This document shows positions 43,013 to 52,340 of a stretch of DNA of 63,290 bases, in pieces (positions within the stretch are counted from its first letter, which is position 1; every line of letters starts with the position of its first letter). The translations under genes were made by a program, and so were the position numbers. A model generated the notes under the pieces. It did no database searches. It saw nothing but the letters and a program-made list of their open reading frames with translations, and had not been told where the DNA came from. The DNA comes from Thermoplasmatota archaeon. GTDB taxonomy: Archaea; Thermoplasmatota; SW-10-69-26; JACQPN01; JAJPHT01. The stretch lies in the NCBI GenBank assembly GCA_035526585.1, contig DATLCC010000109.1, forward strand, positions 1 to 63,290, written 5' to 3'.

Positions 43013-46000
43013 TTGCCCAAGCGCACCGACATCCGGAAGATCCTCATCATCGGCTCGGGTCCGATCGTCATCGGCCAGGCCGCGGAGTTCGATTTCTCAG
43101 GGAGCCAGGCGGCTCTCGCGCTGAAGGAGGAAGGCTATCAGATCGTCATCGTCAACTCGAACCCGGCGACGATCCAGACCGACCCGGATATGGCGGACGC
43201 CGTCTACGTCGAGCCGTTGACGATCGAGACGCTCACGCGCATCCTGGACAAGGAGCGTCCCCACGGGCTTCTGGCAGGCATGGGCGGCCAGACGGCGCTC
43301 AACCTCGCCTCCGAGCTTGCGGAGAAGGGGATCCTCGAGAAGTTCCATTGCGAGCTCCTCGGCACGAACCTGGATTCGATCCAGAAGGCGGAGGATCGCG
43401 ACCTTTTCAAGAAGACGATGGAGTCGATCGGCGAGACGTGCCCGAAGGCGGACGTCGCGCACACGCTGGCGGAGGCGCACGAGGTGCGCCGCAAGCTCGA
43501 TCTCTCGTATCCGGTGCTCATCCGCCCTGCGTACACGCTTGGGGGCACGGGTGGCGGGGTCGCTTGGAACGACGAGGAGTTCGAGGCGATCACGGGCCGC
43601 GGGCTCGTCTACAGCCGCACGAAGCAGGTCCTCATCGAGGAGAGCGTGCTGGGGTGGAAGGAGTACGAGTACGAGGTCATGCGCGACCGGCTCGACAACT
43701 GCCTTATCATCTGCAACATGGAGAACCTCGACGCGATGGGCGTCCACACCGGCGAATCCATCGTCGTCGCGCCCGCGCAGACGCTCTCCGACGAGGATCA
43801 TCAGGTGCTCCGCAGCGCGGCGATCCGCATCATCCGCGCGCTCCGCATCGCGGGCGGGTGCAATGTGCAGTTCGCGTTCAACCACGACACCGGCGAGTAT
43901 CGCGTCATCGAGGTGAATCCGCGCGTCTCGCGCAGCTCGGCGCTCGCGTCGAAGGCGACGGGCTACCCGATCGCGCGCGTTGCCGCGAAGATCGCGGTGG
44001 GCCTCACCCTGGACGAGATCCCGAACTCGGTCACGAAGACGACGCCCGCCTCCTTCGAGCCCGCGCTCGATTACATCATCACGAAGATCCCGCGCTGGCC
44101 GTTCGACAAGTTCCGCACGGTGGATCGCAAGATCGGCACGCAGATGAAGAGCACGGGCGAAGTGATGGCGATCGGCCGGAGCTTCGAGGAGAGCGCGATG
44201 AAGGCGATCCGCTCGCTCGAGACGGACCGATGGGGCCTCGAGATGCCCGAACTCTCCGATGCGGAGATCGAGGAGGAGCTGAAGCGCGCGACGGATCGGC
44301 GGTTCTACACGATCGCGCAGGCGTTCCGCCAGGGGTGGAGCCTGGAGCGCGTGAAGGCGCTCTCGCACTACGATCCGTGGTTCCTCACCAAGATGAGGGA
44401 TCTCGTCACGCTCGAGAAGGAGATCCGCGAGAGGCCTCGCGACGTCGAGATCCTGAAGCGCGCGAAGAAGTACGGCTTTGCGGATGGCCAGATCGGCGAG
44501 TGGTGGGGCATGGACGAGAATGCGGTCGGCCTCATGCGCCGCGAGCACGGGATCGTCCCGCGCTTCCGCATGGTCGACACGTGCGCCGCCGAGTTCGAGG
44601 CGTACACGCCCTACATGTATTCGACGTACGAAGACCTCGAGAGCAAGGTCGACGTCTCCGAAGCCCCGAGAACGGACAGAAGGAAGATCATCATCGTGGG
44701 CGGCGGGCCGATCCGGATCGGCCAGGGGATCGAGTTCGACTATTGCGTCGTGCACGCCGTGCAGGAGCTGCGCGCGCAGGGCATCGAGGCGATCGTCATC
44801 AACAACAATCCGGAGACGGTGTCGACGGATGCGCAGACGGCCGACAAGCTCTACTTCGAGCCGTTGAACCTGGAGGATGTCCTCAACATCCTCGAGCGCG
44901 AGGACCCTGACGGGATCGTGCTGCAATTTGGCGGCCAGACGTCGATCCTCCTCGCGGTCCCGCTGGAGAAGGCGCTGAAGACGCGCCCGTGGATCAAGAC
45001 GAAGATCATGGGCACGTCACCCGACGCGATGGACCTCGCGGAGGACCGCCGCCGCTTCTCCGACCTCATGGAGAAGATGCGCATCCCGCAGCCCGCCTCG
45101 GGCACGGGATATTCCTTCGAGGAGGTCCGCGAGGTCGCCGCGAAGATCGGCTATCCGGTGCTCGTGCGTCCGAGCTATGTCCTGGGCGGCCGCGGGATGG
45201 AGATCGTCTACGACGAGAAAGACCTCGAGGACTACATGCGCGAGGCCGTGAAGGCCTCGAAGAAGCATCCGGTGCTCGTGGACAAGTACCTCTCGCACGC
45301 CGTGGAGATCGACGTCGACGCCATCTGCGACGGGAACGACGTCCTCATCTGCGGCGTGCAGGAGCACGTCGAGCAGGCCGGCGTGCACAGCGGCGACGCG
45401 ACCACGATCCTTCCATCCCCTTCGCTTCCGCGTGAGGTGCAGGAGACGATCCGGCTCTATTCGAAGCGCGTCGCGAAGGAGCTGGGCGTCGTCGGCCTCG
45501 TGAACTTCCAGTGGGCCGTCAAGGACGGCGTCGTCTACATCCTGGAGGCGAACCCGCGCGCCAGCCGCACGGTGCCCTACGTCTCGAAGGCGCTCGGGAT
45601 CCCGATGGCGAAGGTCGCGACGCGCTGCATCCTCGGCCAGTCGCTCGCGCAGCAGAAGGCGACGGAGCCGCGCATGCAGCACGTCGCCGTGAAGGCGCCC
45701 GTCTTCCCCTTCCTCAAGCTCCCCGGCGTCGACAGCATCCTCGGTCCCGAGATGAAGAGCACGGGCGAGGTCATGGGGATCGACCACAGCGTCGAGCGCG
45801 CCTATTACAAGGCGATGGAGGCCGCGGGGATGCGGCTCCCCACGAGCGGCGCGATCTACATGAGCGTCCGGGACGAGGACAAGGTCAAGGTCCTCCCGCT
45901 CGCGAAGGACCTCGCCGAGATGGGCTTCACGCTCTACGCGACCGTCGGCACAGCGCAGTACCTGCGCGAGTTCGGCGTCCCGGTGCAGACGGCATGGCGC

Positions 46001-46243
46001 ATCGCGGAGAAGAAGAGCCCCGACGCGATCGACCTCATGCGCAAAGGCGAGATCAAGCTCATCATGAACACGCCCTCGCAATCGCGCGGCGCGAAACGCG
46101 ACGGCGCGATGATGCGCCGGCTCGCGGTGGAACTCGGCATCCCCTTCCTCACCACGACCGCCGCCTGCACCGCCGCGACGGCCGCCATCCGGGCGATCAA
46201 GACGGGCCAGGCCGAGACGAGCGCGCTGCGGACCTACTATTGA
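43013..46243 (+). CDS. carB: carbamoyl-phosphate synthase large subunit
   Basis: 1076 aa from TTG 43013 (PKRTDIRKILIIGSGPIVIGQAAEFDFSG) with two ATP-grasp halves. The upstream 560 codons of the track ORF are antisense to the BNR gene. Confidence 0.97.
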   Translation: MPKRTDIRKILIIGSGPIVIGQAAEFDFSGSQAALALKEEGYQIVIVNSNPATIQTDPDMADAVYVEPLTIETLTRILDKERPHGLLAGMGGQTALNLASELAEKGILEKFHCELLGTNLDSIQKAEDRDLFKKTMESIGETCPKADVAHTLAEAHEVRRKLDLSYPVLIRPAYTLGGTGGGVAWNDEEFEAITGRGLVYSRTKQVLIEESVLGWKEYEYEVMRDRLDNCLIICNMENLDAMGVHTGESIVVAPAQTLSDEDHQVLRSAAIRIIRALRIAGGCNVQFAFNHDTGEYRVIEVNPRVSRSSALASKATGYPIARVAAKIAVGLTLDEIPNSVTKTTPASFEPALDYIITKIPRWPFDKFRTVDRKIGTQMKSTGEVMAIGRSFEESAMKAIRSLETDRWGLEMPELSDAEIEEELKRATDRRFYTIAQAFRQGWSLERVKALSHYDPWFLTKMRDLVTLEKEIRERPRDVEILKRAKKYGFADGQIGEWWGMDENAVGLMRREHGIVPRFRMVDTCAAEFEAYTPYMYSTYEDLESKVDVSEAPRTDRRKIIIVGGGPIRIGQGIEFDYCVVHAVQELRAQGIEAIVINNNPETVSTDAQTADKLYFEPLNLEDVLNILEREDPDGIVLQFGGQTSILLAVPLEKALKTRPWIKTKIMGTSPDAMDLAEDRRRFSDLMEKMRIPQPASGTGYSFEEVREVAAKIGYPVLVRPSYVLGGRGMEIVYDEKDLEDYMREAVKASKKHPVLVDKYLSHAVEIDVDAICDGNDVLICGVQEHVEQAGVHSGDATTILPSPSLPREVQETIRLYSKRVAKELGVVGLVNFQWAVKDGVVYILEANPRASRTVPYVSKALGIPMAKVATRCILGQSLAQQKATEPRMQHVAVKAPVFPFLKLPGVDSILGPEMKSTGEVMGIDHSVERAYYKAMEAAGMRLPTSGAIYMSVRDEDKVKVLPLAKDLAEMGFTLYATVGTAQYLREFGVPVQTAWRIAEKKSPDAIDLMRKGEIKLIMNTPSQSRGAKRDGAMMRRLAVELGIPFLTTTAACTAATAAIRAIKTGQAETSALRTYY

Positions 46244-46331
46244 TCGGGTCGCTCGCGAGGGAGGAGTCGCACCGGTCCACCTACGGTCCGGTAGCGCAAA
46301 GCTCAAGCGGCCACCAGCGGGCGACCGGGCC

Positions 46332-46511
46332 ATGGACGACGAGGACGAGGTCGAGCGCCTGAAGGTGAAGGTCGCGCTCGACATGCTCGATCACGTCGCG
46401 CGCTCCGATGGCGAGCTCGCGACGCCCGGCAGCGCGGTCGCGCGCGTGCGCCGGGACGTGCTGCGCGGGCTCAACGGGCGGCCATCGACCTCCCGGTCAG
46501 AATCCAAGTAG
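46332..46511 (+). CDS. small hypothetical ORF (59 aa)
   Basis: MDDEDEVERLKVKVALDMLDHVARSDGELATP... with GC3-rich codon usage like neighbouring genes. It is below the track length cutoff and lies 24 nt upstream of the kinase gene. Confidence 0.3.
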   Translation: MDDEDEVERLKVKVALDMLDHVARSDGELATPGSAVARVRRDVLRGLNGRPSTSRSESK

Positions 46512-46535
46512 GCGAGCAGACGTCTCACGTCCCGG

Positions 46536-47810
46536 ATGGCCGCTCACGGCGTCGACCTTTCCGCGCGCCTCGACGCGCGCGTCGCGCGCAGGGTGCCCGC
46601 GCTGTGCGCGGCCATCAGCGCCGCGTTCGCCTTCTTCTGCGCCGTCACGCTCGCTACGCGCCCCGTCGGGGCGACGATCGCGCTCGCGATCATCGACGGC
46701 GCGGGCGCGCTCGCGTTCCTCGCCGCAGCTCTCACGGCTCGCCGCGGGGGCGTTCCACGGCGCGCCGCGAACGGCGCCGCCGCCGCGGCGCTCCTTGTGA
46801 CGCTCGCCGCGAGCCTTGCCGCGATCAAGCTCCTCCATCTTCCGGCGCAGTCCACGAACCTCCTCATCCTCGAGCTCGTCGGCAGCATCATCCTCCTGAG
46901 CGCGCGCTGGAACGCCGCGCTCATCGCTGCGACGCTCGCAGGATGGGGGCTCGTCATGTGGACGGAAGGGGTCGACGAGGCCTGGCTCAACGCCTCGTTC
47001 GCGCTCGTCGCCGCGAGCCTCATGAGCTGGACCGTCCAGCATGTGCGGCTGCGGGACGCGCGTCGCGCCGAGGCGCTCCTCGCCGAGAACGAGGCGAAGG
47101 CCGCCAGCCTGGAAGCCTTCGCCTTCGTCATCTCCCACGACCTGAAGGAGCCCATCCGCGCGACGGGGATCTTCCTCTCCGACGCGCTCGCAAGCGCCGA
47201 CAAGGCCGAGCGCGACGAGCTCCTCGGGCGTGCGCGAAGCAGCCACGAGCAGCTTGCGCGGCTCGTCGATGGCCTCCTTGGATGGAGCCGCCTCGCGAGC
47301 ACGCCCGTGCGTCCGGAGCCGCTGGACCTCCACGCGCTCCTGCAGGATGCGACGACTCGCGCGCAGTTCGGCCAGGCGCTCGCGGAGCGGCGCGCGAAGC
47401 TTCTGGTGGAGCCCGGGCTGCCGCTCGTGCTCGCGACGGAGCCTCTCGCGCGGCAGATCCTCGGGAACCTGATCCTGAACGCCGTGAAGCACAACCCCCG
47501 CGAGGGTCCGCAGGTCCGCGTCTACGCGGCGCCCGACGCGCCGCGCGGGAAAGTGGACCTCGTCGTCGAGGACAACGGTCCGGGCTTCCCACCCGAGCTT
47601 CTCGGGCAACGCCCGCGCGACGCGCCCCGGACGATCAAGCGCGGCTTCGGCATGGAGATCGCGCGCCGGGCGACGGAGCTTCTCGGCGGAGAGCTCCACG
47701 TGCAGAACCTGCGCGACGGCGGCGCCGCGGTCCACGTGCTGCTGCCCGCCGCGAAGCGGCCGAGCGCGCGGCCCGAGCCTGCCGGCGGCGCGCCTCGGAC
47801 GCGTGCCTAA
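46536..47810 (+). CDS. membrane sensor histidine kinase
   Basis: 424 aa with N-terminal TM segments. H-box FVISHDLKEP; N/G boxes LILNAVKHN, EDNGPGFP, GFGMEIA. Confidence 0.85.
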   Translation: MAAHGVDLSARLDARVARRVPALCAAISAAFAFFCAVTLATRPVGATIALAIIDGAGALAFLAAALTARRGGVPRRAANGAAAAALLVTLAASLAAIKLLHLPAQSTNLLILELVGSIILLSARWNAALIAATLAGWGLVMWTEGVDEAWLNASFALVAASLMSWTVQHVRLRDARRAEALLAENEAKAASLEAFAFVISHDLKEPIRATGIFLSDALASADKAERDELLGRARSSHEQLARLVDGLLGWSRLASTPVRPEPLDLHALLQDATTRAQFGQALAERRAKLLVEPGLPLVLATEPLARQILGNLILNAVKHNPREGPQVRVYAAPDAPRGKVDLVVEDNGPGFPPELLGQRPRDAPRTIKRGFGMEIARRATELLGGELHVQNLRDGGAAVHVLLPAAKRPSARPEPAGGAPRTRA

Positions 47811-49387
47811 GGCGCCGCTTCGCGCTTCGACGCCGGCGTCCACTCGCGCGCGCGTCGCAGCAGCGCGTCCAGACCGGGCGCGAGCGCGACGAGCATCCAC
47901 AGCGCGCCGACGATCCCGACGAGGATCCGCACCTCAGGCTGCGCGAGCATCGCGACCCCTTCTCCCGCGTGCAGCAATGGCACGCCCGCGTAGAGCACGA
48001 AGTAGGCCCCGAAGATCGCCGTGCCCACGAGCCGCGGACGCTCCACGAGGGTCGCAAGACGCAGCCACCCGGCGACGGCGGCCACGCTGAAGAGCGGGAG
48101 GAGCGGCGCGAAGTAGCGGACACTGCGCACCAGGGGGTAGATCCACACGAACGTGGCGAAGGTCGCGCCCACCGCGAGCGGCAGGAACCACCATGCGCGC
48201 TGCCTCGTGAGGGTCAGGCACGCGACGAGCGCGAGCGCGAAGACGAGCGGCGTGAGCGCGCTCTCCTCGGGCGCGGTGCCCACCCAGGCGCCGCCTTCGC
48301 TCTCCTGCGCGGGCCAGCGGCCGCTGCCGAAGAGGTCGAAGGCCTGCCATTCCACGCTCTGCCACAAGCGCGTCGCGGCGTCCCGCCAGGTGTGGTGGGA
48401 GGCATAGTCGCTGAGGGTCTCGCGTGGGGCGCCGTGCTCGGGCGTGTACGCGGACCACCAGGCGTCGTTGAGGTCCCACAGGTCGTCCGCCCAGAAGCGC
48501 TGGTTCGTCCCATAGTCGAAGGGGCTCGAGAGCTGGGAGCCTCGCCAGGCGAGGTACGGTGACGCCACGAGCAGGAAGGCGATCCCGCTCGCGGCCATCC
48601 ACATGGCGGTCCGGCGGTTCGCGCGCAGGGACCGCCACGAGCCGTGCCACAGGAGGATCGCGGCGAAGGCCATGAGCATGACGAACATCACGAGCCCGTT
48701 GACCTTCATCATGTGCGCGAACGCCATGAGCGTGCCCGTCGCGAGGAGCCACGCAGGATGCTTGCGAGCGCGTAGGACCGTCATCGTCGCGAGCACGAAG
48801 AGCGGCACGTAGAGCGGCTCCGAGAGCGCGCTCGTGGAGAGCCGCAGCAGGTACGGGTCGAGCGCCACGAGCGCGCCGGCCAGGAGCGCCGCGGGGCGCG
48901 AGAGGACCTCGCGCGCAAGGAGCAGCGTCGCCGCGACCGCACCCACGGAGAGCATCGCGGAGAGAGTGTGGGCGACGAGGGCGGCGCGCGCGGCCTCGCC
49001 CGTCATCGGCGCGCCGTAGGCGTTCCAGCCCGTGGCGGGCGCGAAGCCGAAGAGCTTGAGCGTCGCGAAGAGGAGGAGCTGCCAGCCGCTGCCGCGATGA
49101 CCATCGGGGAAAAGGTTGCCTCGCAAGTACTCCGCGTACGCCTGATGGAAGTAGACCCAGCTGTCGGGGTGGCCGCAGCAGACGTCCGTCGCGCGGGCGA
49201 CGAGGGGCAGGCGGACGAGGATCGCGACGAGGACGAGGCCGGCGCTCGCCCACAGGTACGGACCGGGCCGTTCGAGCGCAGCGCCCGCGCGCGCGAGGCC
49301 CGCCTCCCAGCGGTCGAGACGCTCCTTCCACGCCACGCGCTGGCCACCGAAAGGGGCACCATAACGTTGTTGGCGAGGATGGGCCAA
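47807..49387 (-). CDS. GT-C fold (ArnT/PMT_2-like) membrane glycosyltransferase, tentative
   Basis: 526 aa, about 12 TM helices, TTG start. The call rests on topology and loop pattern only. Confidence 0.55.
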   Translation of the reverse strand: MAHPRQQRYGAPFGGQRVAWKERLDRWEAGLARAGAALERPGPYLWASAGLVLVAILVRLPLVARATDVCCGHPDSWVYFHQAYAEYLRGNLFPDGHRGSGWQLLLFATLKLFGFAPATGWNAYGAPMTGEAARAALVAHTLSAMLSVGAVAATLLLAREVLSRPAALLAGALVALDPYLLRLSTSALSEPLYVPLFVLATMTVLRARKHPAWLLATGTLMAFAHMMKVNGLVMFVMLMAFAAILLWHGSWRSLRANRRTAMWMAASGIAFLLVASPYLAWRGSQLSSPFDYGTNQRFWADDLWDLNDAWWSAYTPEHGAPRETLSDYASHHTWRDAATRLWQSVEWQAFDLFGSGRWPAQESEGGAWVGTAPEESALTPLVFALALVACLTLTRQRAWWFLPLAVGATFATFVWIYPLVRSVRYFAPLLPLFSVAAVAGWLRLATLVERPRLVGTAIFGAYFVLYAGVPLLHAGEGVAMLAQPEVRILVGIVGALWMLVALAPGLDALLRRAREWTPASKREAAP

Positions 49388-49390
49388 CGT

Positions 49391-49837
49391 TCAGCCAGAG
49401 ACCTCGACAGGAGGCGCGCGCCACCCGCTCGCGTTCCAGTCTTCCCACCGCACGCGGCGGCACGCGTCAAGGTAGAGCGTGACGAGCGCGTCGGCGAGCG
49501 CGCCCGGGTCGGCGAGCCCGAGCGCGGGCGAGGCGTCGAGGTGCGTCCGGAGTAGGTGGAGCCCTTCGGCCATCTGGCGCTTGAAGCCGCTTTCCTTGCC
49601 GCGCGTGGCGTTCTCGAGCGCGGCCGCGACGAGGATCAGCCCGTGGAGGCATTCGGCCGCGCGCGACTCCTGCGCGGCGCGAAGCGCATGCCACGCGCTT
49701 TCCCAGGCTTCGTGGGCGTGCCAGAAGCGGCGCGCGCCGAACTCGTGCGCGCCTTCGCGCAGCAGGCGCGGGACGTCCGCGCGCGGCGCGGGGGCTGCGC
49801 GCGGGTCGGGGCCTTTCGCCACGCGCGGCGAGCGCAT
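49391..49837 (-). CDS. DUF309-like helical protein
   Basis: 148 aa from ATG 49837 with FWHAHEAWESAW...GLILVAAAL. Confidence 0.6.
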   Translation of the reverse strand: MRSPRVAKGPDPRAAPAPRADVPRLLREGAHEFGARRFWHAHEAWESAWHALRAAQESRAAECLHGLILVAAALENATRGKESGFKRQMAEGLHLLRTHLDASPALGLADPGALADALVTLYLDACRRVRWEDWNASGWRAPPVEVSG

Positions 49838-49856
49838 CGTCGCCGCATCAACGTTG

Positions 49857-50315
49857 TCAGAAGACGCCGCTTCGCTCGGCGATGACGCTCGCGAGGGCGA
49901 GCTCGCGCGCGGCGTCGTAGTCGTAGAGCTCGATCGTGCGCGCGCCGCTCTCATCCGTGGAGAAGCGCACGAGCGTCGCGCCCGCGTCGTCCGCGCGGAC
50001 GAGCTGCGTCGAGTCGGCGTGCGGGTCGTGGATCCATCCTTCGCGGGCGAAGCTCTCGCAGCCAGGCTGCGCGGCTTGCACGTCGACGCGGAAGCGGTAC
50101 ATGCCGGCGTGCTCTCCGACGAGGACGGGACCGACGGCGCGCGTCGCGATCTCGCCGCCGCAGGGCGTCCCGGTGCCCTCCTGGTCCGGGGCGCCGGGGG
50201 AGGGACCCTGCCACGCGGCGTGGCCGAATGCGCTCCAGCGCTCCGGGAGGACCGCGCCCGCGGCGGCGAGCGGCGTGACGAGGAGGAGGGCGAGGACGAG
50301 GGCGAGCGCGCGCAT
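49857..50315 (-). CDS. secreted hypothetical protein
   Basis: 152 aa with signal peptide MRALALVLALLLVTPLAAAGA. Confidence 0.55.
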   Translation of the reverse strand: MRALALVLALLLVTPLAAAGAVLPERWSAFGHAAWQGPSPGAPDQEGTGTPCGGEIATRAVGPVLVGEHAGMYRFRVDVQAAQPGCESFAREGWIHDPHADSTQLVRADDAGATLVRFSTDESGARTIELYDYDAARELALASVIAERSGVF

Positions 50316-50382
50316 ACGCTGAGCACGCGTGATAGCTGGGTTCTCCTTTCTGTTGGGGTTTCGTACCGTTCCTCGTGAGCCC

Positions 50383-51609
50383 CTAGTCGGATGCGCGCAT
50401 CCGGAGCAGTGTCACTCCGGTGACGACGCCCGCGAGGGCGAGCGCGGCGCCCAGCACGAACGATCGGCCCCCCAGCGTCGCGAGGAGCGTGCCGCCCAAC
50501 GCGCCTCCGGTCGCCCAGCCCGCGTTCCACGCGAGGCTCCCGTAGGCCTGCGTCTCGGCGCGGCGTCCGCTCTTCGCGCGCGTCATCACGATCGCGTTCA
50601 TGCCCGGCGCGACCGTGGTCGAGAAGAAGCTGCGCGCGAGGAACGCCGCCGCGAAGGCGAAGGTCGCGAGCGGGAGCGCGAAGGCGACGCTCGCGACGAG
50701 CATGGCGACCATGCCTGCGACCGCGACGGGCGGCGTGGGCAGGCGGCGCGAGAGAGTGCCCGCAAGGATGGCACCGGCTGCGCTGGCGAGCGTGCCCGCC
50801 GCGAGCAGGTACCCCCAGGCGGGCCCGGGCATCCCCAGGTCGTCCAGGAACCACGTCGTGAAGTAGGGCGCCGTCATGCCGTACCCCGCGCCCATGAGGA
50901 CGTACATGAGGGCGATCGGCGCGGCCGCGCGAACGGCGTGGTGCCATCGGCCGCGCTCGTGGGCCGCGGGGGGCGCGTGCGCAAGGCTCGGCAGGCGCAG
51001 CGTCAGCGCGATGGCGGCGGCCGAGGCCGCGAGGAAGACGAGCGCGCTCGCGCGGAGGCCGGCGACGGGGGTCGCGCTCGCGCGCAGCACGAGCGCGGCG
51101 GCGAGCGGCCCTGCGGCGGTCGCGAGGATGCCCCACGCGCTCGATCGGGCATACGCCCCGGCACGATCCTCGTCGCGCAGCAGGTCCGCGACGTACGATT
51201 GGAAGGAGACGAAGAGGAGCGCGAGCCCGACGCCGGACGCGACGACGCCCGCCACGATCGGTCCGAGGGCGAGGGGCGCAAGGAGGGCCAGGTAGGAGGA
51301 GCCCAGGAGCGCGAGGCCCGCGCGGAGCACGTAGCGGCGGGGCACGCGATCCGCGAGGCGCCCCGCGGGGACGACGGCGAGCCCCATCGCGACCGCGATG
51401 AGCGAGAAGAGGAGCGCGTCCTTGCCCACGATGCCGGCAGCGCGCAGCGCGAGCGGCGCCAGGTAATACATGTAGGTCGAATGCGCGGTCACTCCCAGCG
51501 TGTTCGCGGCGGTCGCGATCGCGAGCGAGGGAGAGGATGGAACGTCGCGCTGGGTCTCCATGCCTGCGTCGTCCTTCCTTTTCACTTCGCCTTCCTCAGA
51601 GGAACGCAT
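50383..51609 (-). CDS. MFS transporter
   Basis: 408 aa, about 12 TM helices, motif-A-like GRLADRVPRR. Start is ATG 51609 (14-nt overlap with the upstream gene) or ATG 51561. Confidence 0.85.
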   Translation of the reverse strand: MRSSEEGEVKRKDDAGMETQRDVPSSPSLAIATAANTLGVTAHSTYMYYLAPLALRAAGIVGKDALLFSLIAVAMGLAVVPAGRLADRVPRRYVLRAGLALLGSSYLALLAPLALGPIVAGVVASGVGLALLFVSFQSYVADLLRDEDRAGAYARSSAWGILATAAGPLAAALVLRASATPVAGLRASALVFLAASAAAIALTLRLPSLAHAPPAAHERGRWHHAVRAAAPIALMYVLMGAGYGMTAPYFTTWFLDDLGMPGPAWGYLLAAGTLASAAGAILAGTLSRRLPTPPVAVAGMVAMLVASVAFALPLATFAFAAAFLARSFFSTTVAPGMNAIVMTRAKSGRRAETQAYGSLAWNAGWATGGALGGTLLATLGGRSFVLGAALALAGVVTGVTLLRMRASD

Positions 51610-52315
51610 GTCCGCGCTTCTGCAGCTCGCTCTTCACGTCCCTCTGGACGATGTCCCGCACGTCCCGCGCGATCGTCTCGGCGACGTCCTCGTCGGGCGT
51701 CTGGCGGTCGAGGTAGGCGTGCGTGTCGATGGGCTCGCCGACGCGGATGCGCCACTTCGCGGGGAGCGGGAGAAGCGAGAGAGGGATGGGGATGGGCACG
51801 TCGAGGAGATCCTCCAGCGGCGTCACACGGCCCAGGGTGGGGCTTGCGTCCTCGCCGCCCACGATCGCGACGGGCACGATCGGCGCGAGGCTCGCGAGCG
51901 CGACGCGCGCGAAGCCGGGCTTGAAGGGCTGCACCTGGTAGCGCTTCCAGATGGGCTTGAAGTTCCCGTCCTCGCCCTCGGGGAAGAAGCAGACGAGCCC
52001 CTTCTCGTCGAGGATCTGCGTCGCGGTCTGGACGCTCACTTCGAAGAAGCCGAGCCTCTCCGCGCGCGGCCGCAGCGGCGCCATGCGGAAGTAGCTCGGG
52101 TGCACGGCGACGCGCGGGATGCGGCCGAGGCCGTCGTAGATGCTGAGGAAGAGCATCGCGTAGTCGAGCCCGGCCCACCCGGTGTGGTTCGCGACGAGGA
52201 TCGCGGGGCCTTCCGGCAGCCGCTCGAGCCCTTCGACGCGGAGCCGCCCGTACGCGCGCAGCTTCCGCATCGTGCGGAGGACGCGCTCGATCGCCTCAGG
52301 GTCCGGCTCGTGCAC
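51596..52315 (-). CDS. PlsC-like (lysophospholipid/glycerol-phosphate) acyltransferase
   Basis: 239 aa with blocks ANHTGWAGLD (HX4D-like with two extra residues) and CFFPEGEDG. Confidence 0.75.
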   Translation of the reverse strand: MHEPDPEAIERVLRTMRKLRAYGRLRVEGLERLPEGPAILVANHTGWAGLDYAMLFLSIYDGLGRIPRVAVHPSYFRMAPLRPRAERLGFFEVSVQTATQILDEKGLVCFFPEGEDGNFKPIWKRYQVQPFKPGFARVALASLAPIVPVAIVGGEDASPTLGRVTPLEDLLDVPIPIPLSLLPLPAKWRIRVGEPIDTHAYLDRQTPDEDVAETIARDVRDIVQRDVKSELQKRGHAFL

Positions 52316-52340
52316 GAGGGCGGGACGTCCCGCGCCCGCT

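Noticed and set aside
24914-46243. Over-long track ORFs whose 5' parts run through other genes or repeats: 24914..26881, 26620..28002, 29394..32642, 31930..34839, 32134..34704, 36800..39142, 38365..41166 and 41327..46243.
   Set aside because: Only the 3' portions have protein-like composition, signal peptides or motifs. The 5' extensions overlap better-supported genes on the same or opposite strand. Starts were moved to internal ATG/GTG/TTG codons.
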